From: a virus
Length of the DNA stretch: 64,000 nucleotides
Virus record (IMG/VR): IMGVR_UViG_3300035703_000047
Coordinates: 24,986 to 88,985 of that record
Strand: one strand, 5' to 3'
The notes under the pieces were generated by a model. It saw only the letters and a list, made by a program, of their open reading frames with translations. It did not search any database and had not been told where the DNA came from. Of this stretch, positions 1 to 7,791 are shown one piece after another. Position numbers and translations under genes: made by a program. The stretch's first letter is position 1, and each line of letters begins with the position of its first letter.

Positions 1-197
1 TCTTCAAGTTGCTTGAGAATTTTATCTTCGTTATATTTCCAAAAACCGTTTTTGTTTGTATCTTCAGTCATGTTCAAATTAAAAGTAATAGTATCGGGAG
101 AAGAATAAGGATTTCCAGTCAAACTAATCCCATCATAATTCCAGAAGTCTTGAGTTGGAATAGAACTTTCATACGTGCTTTCAAAGTTTTCAGGCAT
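1..197 (-). CDS. Conserved cyanophage hypothetical protein, N-terminal part (possibly DUF3310-like), truncated by window edge
   Basis: Manual translation from ATG at 197: MPENFESTYESSIPTQDFWNYDG...NKNGFWKYNEDKILKQLE, open to position 1. Not in the ORF track. Preceded by a sigma70-type promoter. Confidence 0.6.
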   Translation of the reverse strand, partial: MPENFESTYESSIPTQDFWNYDGISLTGNPYSSPDTITFNLNMTEDTNKNGFWKYNEDKILKQLE

Positions 198-247
198 TTT
201 CAATCATAGTAAAAGAACAAAGAGAGGAGGCACATTTACCTCTCCCA

Positions 248-276
248 ATTATATCAGAAAGGAGCGGGTTGGTCAA
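248..276 (-). promoter_or_regulatory. Sigma70-type promoter embedded in the 3' end of the cobS-like gene
   Basis: Minus strand TTGACC-N17-TATAAT with extended -10 (TGa). Confidence 0.7.
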
Positions 277-1384
277 CGTATTCTACGGTCAGTTCAGGAC
301 CAGTAGAAGGCATTTGGAAATCAGCATCCACTTTATCATACAGTTCCAGGAAGGACTGTTTGGTCTCATCGTCGAAACGATTCACACACACTTGGATTGC
401 CTTTGCCTTGTCTTGGAAGATGCTGTAAGCACGGATGATATGAACCAGACGGCGAGTGCTGATGATTTCCTCAATACCACCATCATAGAAGGTCTTGCGG
501 ATGATGTCTGCCCAATCAGCAAGACGTTTGCAGAAATCAGTCTCACTAATGTTCAAAGATTCAGTAACCTTTTCAAGAATCTTAACTTCATTGGAAACTG
601 AAGGATATTCCTGTTCAAGAGTCACCGGAAAACGTTCTAGGAACGCCTCGTTGAGCACGTTGGTGCCGATGAACCTACCGTCATCAGAACCCTTGCCTTT
701 AGTGTTTGCGGTGGCAATCACGTTGAATCCCGCAGCAGGTTTTACGAACTTACCGATCTTTTTCAGGAAGACACCTTTACCTTCTAACACGGATTGTAGG
801 CAAAGGATTTTGTTGGAGGCAAGGTCAATCTCGTCAAGGAGCAGGATCGCTCCACGCTGGAGTGCTTCAATCACAGGACCATTATGCCAAACAGTAGCAC
901 CATCCACAAGACGGAAACCACCGATAAGATCGTCTTCATCAGTTTCAATAGTAATGTTTACGCGGATTAGTTCACGCTTAAGTTGAGCACACGCTTGCTC
1001 CACAGAGAACGTTTTACCATTACCCGAAAGACCCGTAATGAACGTAGGATAAAAGAGACGGGACTGAATAATGCGTTTAATGTCTTTAAAATTACCAAAC
1101 TGGACGAAGGTATCATCTTTATCGGGAATAAGATTTTGTTCAGCAGCAGGAAGAACGGCAGGAGCACTAAAAGAACGTTCAATCTCCTCAACACGTTCTT
1201 GAGTCACTTCTAGATTCCAACGACCACGAGCAGTCTTGAAGTTTTCCAAACGACGAGTAACAGTAGGATATGAAAGATTATTCATTGCACAATAGGCTTT
1301 GATATCACCGGAAGTGATTTCAATTCCATAAGCAGATTTAAGGCCTTCAAGAACTTGATCGTCAGTCATTTTGGTACGAGACAT
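254..1384 (-). CDS. cobS: CobS-like MoxR-family AAA+ ATPase
   Basis: Walker A GLSGNGKT, Walker B LLLDEID, ATANTKG and NEAFLERF motifs; typical T4-like cyanophage gene. Confidence 0.9.
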   Translation of the reverse strand: MSRTKMTDDQVLEGLKSAYGIEITSGDIKAYCAMNNLSYPTVTRRLENFKTARGRWNLEVTQERVEEIERSFSAPAVLPAAEQNLIPDKDDTFVQFGNFKDIKRIIQSRLFYPTFITGLSGNGKTFSVEQACAQLKRELIRVNITIETDEDDLIGGFRLVDGATVWHNGPVIEALQRGAILLLDEIDLASNKILCLQSVLEGKGVFLKKIGKFVKPAAGFNVIATANTKGKGSDDGRFIGTNVLNEAFLERFPVTLEQEYPSVSNEVKILEKVTESLNISETDFCKRLADWADIIRKTFYDGGIEEIISTRRLVHIIRAYSIFQDKAKAIQVCVNRFDDETKQSFLELYDKVDADFQMPSTGPELTVEYVDQPAPF

Positions 1385-1411
1385 TTGGTGGTGTGTTTCT
1401 CAACTGAAGCT

Positions 1412-1470
1412 ATAATACCACCATACAAGGGGGGTGGACGGAGGGGTGTGCCACTTTTCAAACTGGACAC
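1412..1470 (-). promoter_or_regulatory. Putative activator-dependent promoter: upstream box plus -10 TATTAT
   Basis: Minus strand GTGTCCAGTTTGAAAAGTGGCACA-N29-TATTAT; same architecture as 7645-7699. Confidence 0.6.
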
Positions 1471-3482
1471 TAGAGTATTTCTTTTACTTTACCAATTAAA
1501 GTTCTGCCCCAAAAGTCAAAAATAGAAATTTCTATTTCAGGATCTACAACATATAAAGACGCTAAACATCTCTGTTGTGAAGTTTGAACTTCAATATGTC
1601 CATATAAAAATGTTGTGGCATCAGTGGAAAAAATATTTGATAGATTAACAAATTTTTTCCCAGTTCCAACAAAAATATTAGCAAACTTTTCCGCATCTTT
1701 ATATAGATCAGCCATAACAAATTTAACCTGAGTTCTTTTAAAAAGTTTCCAATATCTAATAAAATTACCAACCCCACCAAAATGATCCATCAGTTCTTTA
1801 TATAGATTTGAAAAAGATTCGTCTTCAGAATACTCGCAATCAATTTTCCCTATCCAAGTAAAATAATCTCTTTCGGAGAAACTTCTAATACAATCAATTA
1901 GATCGTCATTCTTCCAACTGTGTAAATGTTTATACCATCGTAAACTTTTTACATTAAAATCATAGACTATAACTTTTCCATCTTTATTTAATTTTTTATT
2001 TTTAAAAATATCAAATAATTTAAATCCACTTGCAGTATTAACAACCAAGTCAAAGTTACCCTTATTGGATATATGCATTGTTTCACTATTAAATAACCAA
2101 ATTTGGTCCTTTATCAATTTTACATCAGATATAATTTTAGATTGATTCCAATTCTGACCTTCATATGGAGTTAAGGCTTTAATACTATCCTCAAACTTAT
2201 CTGTTTCATGTTCAGGATAATAATAAAATTTATTAAACCTCAATTTTTCACTCAAAGTTATTACTGGCCAATTATTCAAAAACATAGCCTTTAAAAGATT
2301 CCAACCTCTTCCAGCCTCAGACTGCATGGCTTGTTTATTTGAGTACTTAACCCACAAAGGAGTATAATCATCATGAAAGTTTTCCACACTTCTTTCCACA
2401 ACAGGTAAAAGTTGTTTTCCAGAGTACCACTCTCCAAACTTTGGACAACCCACTTTCTTCCATGCTAAAACATTAACTATAAAAAATTGTGGGTGCAATT
2501 CCAACCACTTTCCAGGCCAAGCCAAAATATGTCCAGCTACTCCAAAATTATTATTCTCTTTTATAAACTCTCTTATTTCTCTATCATACTCAAAACTTTT
2601 TAAAGTACAACCTGCAGATTGAATAACACAATACTGATATCCCTTAGTTAATGATTCATTTAATATTTCATGCACTTCATCTCCACATATTATCTCAGCC
2701 CCATTCCTAGGCCTATTGAGATAAAATAAAGTTGCACCTTTGGCTCTAAGATACATTGGGAAACTACTAATAGAGTTTCTCTGATTATAAACTCCATAAC
2801 AAATTTTACTTTCTTTCATATCAAGTTGTTTGAATGCGGTTTGAATTAAATTATCATTAATATGTCCATGGACAATAAAGTGATATCTTGGTTCATTACT
2901 ATCGTTATAAACTGCATGAATATTACCTATATCTAAAAAGAATCCTGTCCCCTGTTTAAATGGAACTCTACCCCAATCTTTAAAATAAAAATTACATCCT
3001 TCAGGATTATTAATTGCTATATTTAAAGGTCCAAAAATTCTACCTTCTCCGTCAGAATGAGGCATGATATATCCACCAGGAGAGAGTCTCATAATCCGGA
3101 CTCTATCATAATTTTTGTACCCCAATCTTCTTAAGAACTTAGTACAAGTAGGAAAATATTTACATACTTCAGTCCATTTGTAATTTGCTTCAGATAATCC
3201 ATACTGATCAAAATGTTCAGTGACATCCGGTCTAATTCCGTGAAGAGTTAAAGCTGCCCATCCCTCATGAGAATAACTCAAGTGTTTGTCTTTCTGTCTG
3301 TGACCAACAAAAAGATGATCATTCTCAATACATTCCTGATGCATTTTTTCAAAATCATCTTTGAAGTCTATTTGTAAAAAAGGCCAGTCAGACTCAAATA
3401 CATCAAAATGTTTTGAAACCTCAGTTGGATGCCATTGATTATCTAATGAAGATTTTATAAATTCATCAAGTATTTCAACCAT
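1470..3482 (-). CDS. Multidomain protein: N-terminal Asp/Asn beta-hydroxylase-like 2OG-Fe(II) dioxygenase plus uncharacterised (GT-like and SAM-binding-like) domains
   Basis: RVRIMRLSPGGYIMPHSD...HAVYN...RYHFIVH gives the HxD...H...R set. ATG at 3482 preferred over TTG at 3491 and overlaps the upstream stop. Confidence 0.7.
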   Translation of the reverse strand: MVEILDEFIKSSLDNQWHPTEVSKHFDVFESDWPFLQIDFKDDFEKMHQECIENDHLFVGHRQKDKHLSYSHEGWAALTLHGIRPDVTEHFDQYGLSEANYKWTEVCKYFPTCTKFLRRLGYKNYDRVRIMRLSPGGYIMPHSDGEGRIFGPLNIAINNPEGCNFYFKDWGRVPFKQGTGFFLDIGNIHAVYNDSNEPRYHFIVHGHINDNLIQTAFKQLDMKESKICYGVYNQRNSISSFPMYLRAKGATLFYLNRPRNGAEIICGDEVHEILNESLTKGYQYCVIQSAGCTLKSFEYDREIREFIKENNNFGVAGHILAWPGKWLELHPQFFIVNVLAWKKVGCPKFGEWYSGKQLLPVVERSVENFHDDYTPLWVKYSNKQAMQSEAGRGWNLLKAMFLNNWPVITLSEKLRFNKFYYYPEHETDKFEDSIKALTPYEGQNWNQSKIISDVKLIKDQIWLFNSETMHISNKGNFDLVVNTASGFKLFDIFKNKKLNKDGKVIVYDFNVKSLRWYKHLHSWKNDDLIDCIRSFSERDYFTWIGKIDCEYSEDESFSNLYKELMDHFGGVGNFIRYWKLFKRTQVKFVMADLYKDAEKFANIFVGTGKKFVNLSNIFSTDATTFLYGHIEVQTSQQRCLASLYVVDPEIEISIFDFWGRTLIGKVKEIL

Positions 3483-4437
3483 AAACTTCAATTTTTTTTA
3501 CATCTTTTACTTTTGAAAAAACTTCATTATTCCATCTTTTTTGCAAATCTGCATCATTATACCAATCTTTTTCAATTCGATGAAATTTCAAAAGATCATT
3601 ATTGACAACAATTGAGCCAAGATAATATCTACCTAATGCTAATTTACTTAAATCATCTAAAGGAATTTTATCTTTCGTATCTTGATTTAAATTTTTATAC
3701 CAAGTATGGAATTGAGATTCAAGTTCCTTCAAAAAATGCGGTCTTTGATGAAAACAAAGCCATGCTTCCGAACTATACATGCTTTGTATTTTTACTTGTT
3801 CGTTATCAACAACCCTAACATCATTATCATATGCGGCACTCATAAAATCTTTACCCAAGGTATTATATCCAAGATAAAGATGACCCCAAGAAAACTCTGT
3901 GGTTAAAAATATTTTATCCTCTTCTTCTAATTTTTTACCTGGATATGGAGGAAAAACCGTGACTAAACAACTATAGTTTGGAAATTCCCCTTTTCTCGTC
4001 TGCAATGCATTCTCGGTTATATGAATATAATCATTAAGATTCAACCAAGCAGTATGAATTTTTTGACCACGAGCCCATGGGCCGTTACCAAAATCAGACT
4101 TCTCACCATATTCTTCAAATTTTTCATGTAGATTATTCAGATTAACTCTAGTCAAATCCCCAAGTCCCTTTAAAGGAATTAGAGGTTTATGTTCATATGC
4201 AAAATTAATAATATCAATTAAAGAATTAAGTTTTTCATACAATTCACGCAGATTTGTATAGTTTTTATTTGATATATCAAGATTAGGATAGGAGTTTTTA
4301 GTCTTTGAATAACTCTTAACTTCTTGTATCCATCTATCAGTTAAACTACTATTTTGAAGATTATAAAGTAATTGAAGTAATTTTCCATTTTCCAATTCAA
4401 AGGTATACCTTACACTTTTTCTTCCTGATAAAAACAT
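3475..4437 (-). CDS. Hypothetical protein (320 aa)
   Basis: Long AT-rich ORF, overlaps the start of the hydroxylase fusion gene, late promoter core upstream. Confidence 0.75.
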   Translation of the reverse strand: MFLSGRKSVRYTFELENGKLLQLLYNLQNSSLTDRWIQEVKSYSKTKNSYPNLDISNKNYTNLRELYEKLNSLIDIINFAYEHKPLIPLKGLGDLTRVNLNNLHEKFEEYGEKSDFGNGPWARGQKIHTAWLNLNDYIHITENALQTRKGEFPNYSCLVTVFPPYPGKKLEEEDKIFLTTEFSWGHLYLGYNTLGKDFMSAAYDNDVRVVDNEQVKIQSMYSSEAWLCFHQRPHFLKELESQFHTWYKNLNQDTKDKIPLDDLSKLALGRYYLGSIVVNNDLLKFHRIEKDWYNDADLQKRWNNEVFSKVKDVKKIEVYG

Positions 4438-4469
4438 TTTAATAAAAAATCAAAATAATAACGATAATT

Positions 4470-4476
4470 TATTTAG
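4470..4476 (-). promoter_or_regulatory. T4-like late promoter variant (CTAAATA)
   Basis: About 33 nt upstream of ATG 4437. Confidence 0.55.
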
Positions 4477-4478
4477 TT

Positions 4479-5362
4479 TCAATCGAATCGGGAACTCTGC
4501 ATCTCATCACTACGTTTTTTGTCCGCACGACGCTTTGCAACCTTCTGTGCTGGAGATGCAGGTGCGCCATATTGACCAGCAGTAGGTGGTTTTTTACCAG
4601 GAACTTTTTTACGTTGTCCAGCAGGAGTTCCCTCCATACCACGAATCATTTTTTTAACATGGGTGTATGCCTTATCAGTCGATCCACCGGACTTGACTTC
4701 TTTACCAGTCTTATAATCCTTACCAGTTTCTTTTTCGTAGCGATTGAGTTCGCCAATCAGGACTTTCCCAGGCAAACATCCTCCATGATTGATTCAAACC
4801 AGGACTCACTCATGTTGAGAATAATTTTATCTGCAGCATCTTCGGTTGACGCAAATCCTTCGTCAAGAAGATAGGATAAAACTAATTCATATGTATTGAT
4901 ACTTTCACCAATCTCACCCATTGCCTTTTGCTTACGCAGTTTCTTGGGATTCTTGGTTACTGTGCCAGAACCATGTTTGTGTCCGCCAGAAGTATACTCA
5001 ACGGCACTATCTCTTGCATAATCTCTAGTATCTTGATCTAGTTTTCCTCTACCAGATTTACCCGCAAAACCAGAGTATCTAGGTTTAGTGGATTTCTTAC
5101 CACGATCCCCAGCATCAGGTCCATTATCAATTCTACGAGTGTGTTTTTCAATTTCTCTTACTTTCTTGGTCTTTTCACCTTTCTGCGAATACTCACTTGC
5201 TGGTTTCTCACGTCTAGCAATAGCAACTTTTCCCATTGCCGCTCTTGCCTTTGGAGTTTTGCCATAAGAACCTTCTGCCTCAAGAATTTCTTCAACTTCT
5301 TCTTGAAAGACATTAACTTGTCGATAGGCTTCCATTAGGCTTTGCAGATCTTTAATGTCCAT
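4479..5362 (-). CDS. Basic, low-complexity putative head-internal protein, encoded as two ORFs (4757-5362 and 4479-4775) joined by a candidate -1 frameshift
   Basis: YELVLSYLLDEGFASTEDAADKIILNMSESWFESIME module; second ORF is in the -1 frame and has only a TTG start; slippery G_GGA_AAG in the overlap; late promoter upstream. Confidence 0.65.
4749..4786 (-). other. Candidate -1 programmed ribosomal frameshift signal
   Basis: Minus strand ATG GAG GAT GTT TGC CTG GGA AAG TCC TGA TTG GCG AA: GGAGG (4780-4784), 10-nt spacer, GGGAAAG (4763-4769), UGA (4757-4759). Confidence 0.6.
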
Positions 5363-5384
5363 GTTTTTACAAATACTTTTTAGT

Positions 5385-5392
5385 TATTTATA
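5385..5392 (-). promoter_or_regulatory. T4 late promoter TATAAATA
   Basis: Perfect consensus 22 nt upstream of ATG 5362. Confidence 0.8.
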
Positions 5393-5415
5393 AAAAAAGA
5401 AGGGTTTTCCCTTCT
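5392..5415 (-). terminator. Rho-independent terminator after the cobT-like gene
   Basis: AGAAGGG-AAAA-CCCTTCT followed by a U tract. Confidence 0.8.
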
Positions 5416-7622
5416 CATGCAACAAAGTCAATAAACTCACCAAGAACTTTCTTATTCATTTTTTTACTCTTCAGGGACTTGACAAACGCAGATCGAATCT
5501 GAGTTTTACTTGCATCATCAGAAACTTCAAACTCTGCATCATTAGAAAGAGCAGAGCCAGAAAGACCAAAGTATACATGATATCCAGATTTTTTAATTGA
5601 AAAGGATTTATGTTTCTTCCAATCATTCATGATCTCATTGTATTCCTTATTCTCCGAATAATACCCAGAAGAATAATCAGAAGTTTCATAATAACGACGA
5701 ACAAAACTTCCTGCATCACGACCTTCCAGGACCCGAATACCAATAAAATTTACATCTGTAAAACGATCACGAAGATTGCGAAGAAGAACATCAGTAAAAC
5801 TAGTAAAATCTCCTTCCAAGTTGTAGGAGAACCCGATTTTACGATCTCGTAGAATAGTATTCACTCCAATAGAATTCAAACCAATATACACTTCTTCGGA
5901 GTCATAATTAAAACGACCTTTAAATTCTTTGTGAAATTTAAGAGGTGCAGCTTCACCATCAGTCAAAACCACACACTGAACTTTCTGAAGTTTATTTTCC
6001 TGTTGAAACTGAGGAAGAATTTGATGAAGTGCAACCAAGCTTTCATTCAAAGGAGTTCCAGAAAGAGAAAGACGATATGGATGAGTATACTCTGGTGCAT
6101 CATTATAGGAGTACTTGAACTCTTTTGCCAACCTAAAGATGTTAATCATTTGTTCTTCAAGAACACGATTATTCACTTTACTGGTAAACAAGTTCATAAG
6201 TGAGAAAGATTCATCAACATGAATCAACCCATGTTTTTTCTCATAATGAGGTTTAATAGGTTGTGGATAATTATTTTCATCCCGATCTGGGCGGCGCCAC
6301 TCATTAGTAAATGCATAAACCTCAAATGGAATAGATACTTTCTTACAGAACCAAATCAAATTATAAAGTTGTTTGATAGTATCCATCATAACATTAGACA
6401 TTGAGCCGGACCAATCAAGAATAAAGACCAAACCATGATTCTTACCATTAGCAAGAGTAGTGACTTTCTTGAACAGGTCTTCGTTGTATTTGTAAGTATG
6501 AAGTTTAGAACAGTCCAGAACACCAGTACGGGCAGTAGTAGCACGAGCGTAAGAATCTGCTGCCTTACGACACTCAAACTCTTTGACCAGATAATTGACT
6601 TCCTTCTGTGCAGAACGTTTAAATTCAATATATTCTCTATCTACTTTTCCAAAAAGATGATTTTTAGCGAAATTATAATGTTGTTCCTCAAACTTTTGAA
6701 TTGTTTTTGACCACCAATCATTAATTTCTCCATGAACATCAGAATTAGATGCAATGACTGTATCAAGATTCAATTTGGGAATCTGCAAGTAAATATTTTC
6801 TGAAGAATTTGTATTCACAAGATCCCGAATTGCTTCTTCAAGATTATCTACAGTTTTAACTTCAGGTTCAGAAGTATCACCCCCAATATTCGAAGTTTTA
6901 TCTGAAGGAATATCGGTTTTTTCGTCGGACTGACCATCAGAAGGGGACTGGTTACCTTGACCGGAAGTTTCTAGATCATCCTTATCCGAAGACTCCTGAG
7001 ACATGTCCTCGGACTGATTACTGGGAGTAGATTGAAGATTATCAAAAGAATCAATCTTAGTTTTTTCTAGATCTTTTCTCTTACAATACTCATAAAGTTT
7101 TACAGCAGCTGCAATCGCATCATCAAAAGTTTCTGCATCTGCAACCATATTCAGGATCTCAGTTTCTTCACCCCGTTCAATAGGAACCTGAGTAAATCCA
7201 CCGATCTTAAACCACAGATTTACACGATCAGCTAAATTGTAAGTAGAAATATCATCATCCTTAATCTGGAAAAAATCATCCTCATGCAGTTCCTTATATC
7301 CCGCAAAGAAAGATTTATTGAGACCGGCATAACGACGCTTCATCATCTTTTCGATGCGAGCGTCCTCAGTTACATTCACGAATTGTTGGGGAATGGTAAA
7401 CTTCTTACTCCAATCCTCATTAGGAGTATAAAGTGCGTGACCCACTTCATGTCCAACAAGCATATCGTATATAGAGTTAGAAGCCTTCTCCCACATGGGG
7501 AGAGTCAACACACGAGTATCCACATTGAAACATGCAGTAGGAACATGTTTGTGTTCCACCACAAGGTCTTCCGTTGCGAGAAGACGAGCGAGTTGACCTT
7601 TGACTTCGTGATTAACAGGCAT
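5415..7622 (-). CDS. CobT-like protein: N-terminal HExxH metallopeptidase-like domain, acidic linker, C-terminal VWA domain
   Basis: HEVGHALY, EDARIE, MIDAS DWSGS...GTP...LTDGE. Start MPVNHEVK at 7622 preferred because 7667 lies upstream of the -10 box. Confidence 0.85.
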   Translation of the reverse strand: MPVNHEVKGQLARLLATEDLVVEHKHVPTACFNVDTRVLTLPMWEKASNSIYDMLVGHEVGHALYTPNEDWSKKFTIPQQFVNVTEDARIEKMMKRRYAGLNKSFFAGYKELHEDDFFQIKDDDISTYNLADRVNLWFKIGGFTQVPIERGEETEILNMVADAETFDDAIAAAVKLYEYCKRKDLEKTKIDSFDNLQSTPSNQSEDMSQESSDKDDLETSGQGNQSPSDGQSDEKTDIPSDKTSNIGGDTSEPEVKTVDNLEEAIRDLVNTNSSENIYLQIPKLNLDTVIASNSDVHGEINDWWSKTIQKFEEQHYNFAKNHLFGKVDREYIEFKRSAQKEVNYLVKEFECRKAADSYARATTARTGVLDCSKLHTYKYNEDLFKKVTTLANGKNHGLVFILDWSGSMSNVMMDTIKQLYNLIWFCKKVSIPFEVYAFTNEWRRPDRDENNYPQPIKPHYEKKHGLIHVDESFSLMNLFTSKVNNRVLEEQMINIFRLAKEFKYSYNDAPEYTHPYRLSLSGTPLNESLVALHQILPQFQQENKLQKVQCVVLTDGEAAPLKFHKEFKGRFNYDSEEVYIGLNSIGVNTILRDRKIGFSYNLEGDFTSFTDVLLRNLRDRFTDVNFIGIRVLEGRDAGSFVRRYYETSDYSSGYYSENKEYNEIMNDWKKHKSFSIKKSGYHVYFGLSGSALSNDAEFEVSDDASKTQIRSAFVKSLKSKKMNKKVLGEFIDFVA

Positions 7623-7791
7623 GAACTTTGTTTCGTATGCAGCCATAATACGACGAAACCGCCCCATTGGAGCGGTTCATGTGACGCTTTTTGAACTGGG
7701 CCAGTCGTGCTTTCGCCTGGCGCAGTGCTTGTGGTTTAAGTTTTCGTTTCTGGGGTTTTCCAGAGTTGTGTTGCCAGTTTGGTGTGGTCAT
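7612..7791 (-). CDS. Small basic hypothetical protein (59 aa)
   Basis: Manual translation MTTPNWQHNSGKPQKRKLKPQALRQAKARLAQFKKRHM...; ATGA overlap with the g46 stop; below ORF-track cutoff. Confidence 0.65.
   Translation of the reverse strand: MTTPNWQHNSGKPQKRKLKPQALRQAKARLAQFKKRHMNRSNGAVSSYYGCIRNKVHAC
7645..7699 (-). promoter_or_regulatory. Putative activator-dependent promoter of the cobT-like gene
   Basis: CCAGTTCAAAAAGCGTCACA-N29-TATTAT, same spacing as 1412-1466. Confidence 0.6.

Noticed and set aside
9-1213. Plus-strand ORFs (9-209, 269-601, 495-986, 983-1213) and many similar ones across the window
   Set aside because: Antisense shadows of well-supported minus-strand genes, with no recognisable motifs.
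254-1384. cobS as a cobalamin-synthesis auxiliary metabolic gene
   Set aside because: Only generic MoxR AAA+ motifs; no cobN or pathway genes in the window.
4760-4773. GGACTTTCCCAGGC resembles a eukaryotic NF-kB consensus oligo
   Set aside because: No biological meaning in a phage and probably coincidence, but one more reason to verify read support for the 32-nt insert.
4749-4786. T4 gene 60-style translational bypass
   Set aside because: No matched take-off and landing codon pair around the UGA; the -1 slippery model fits better.
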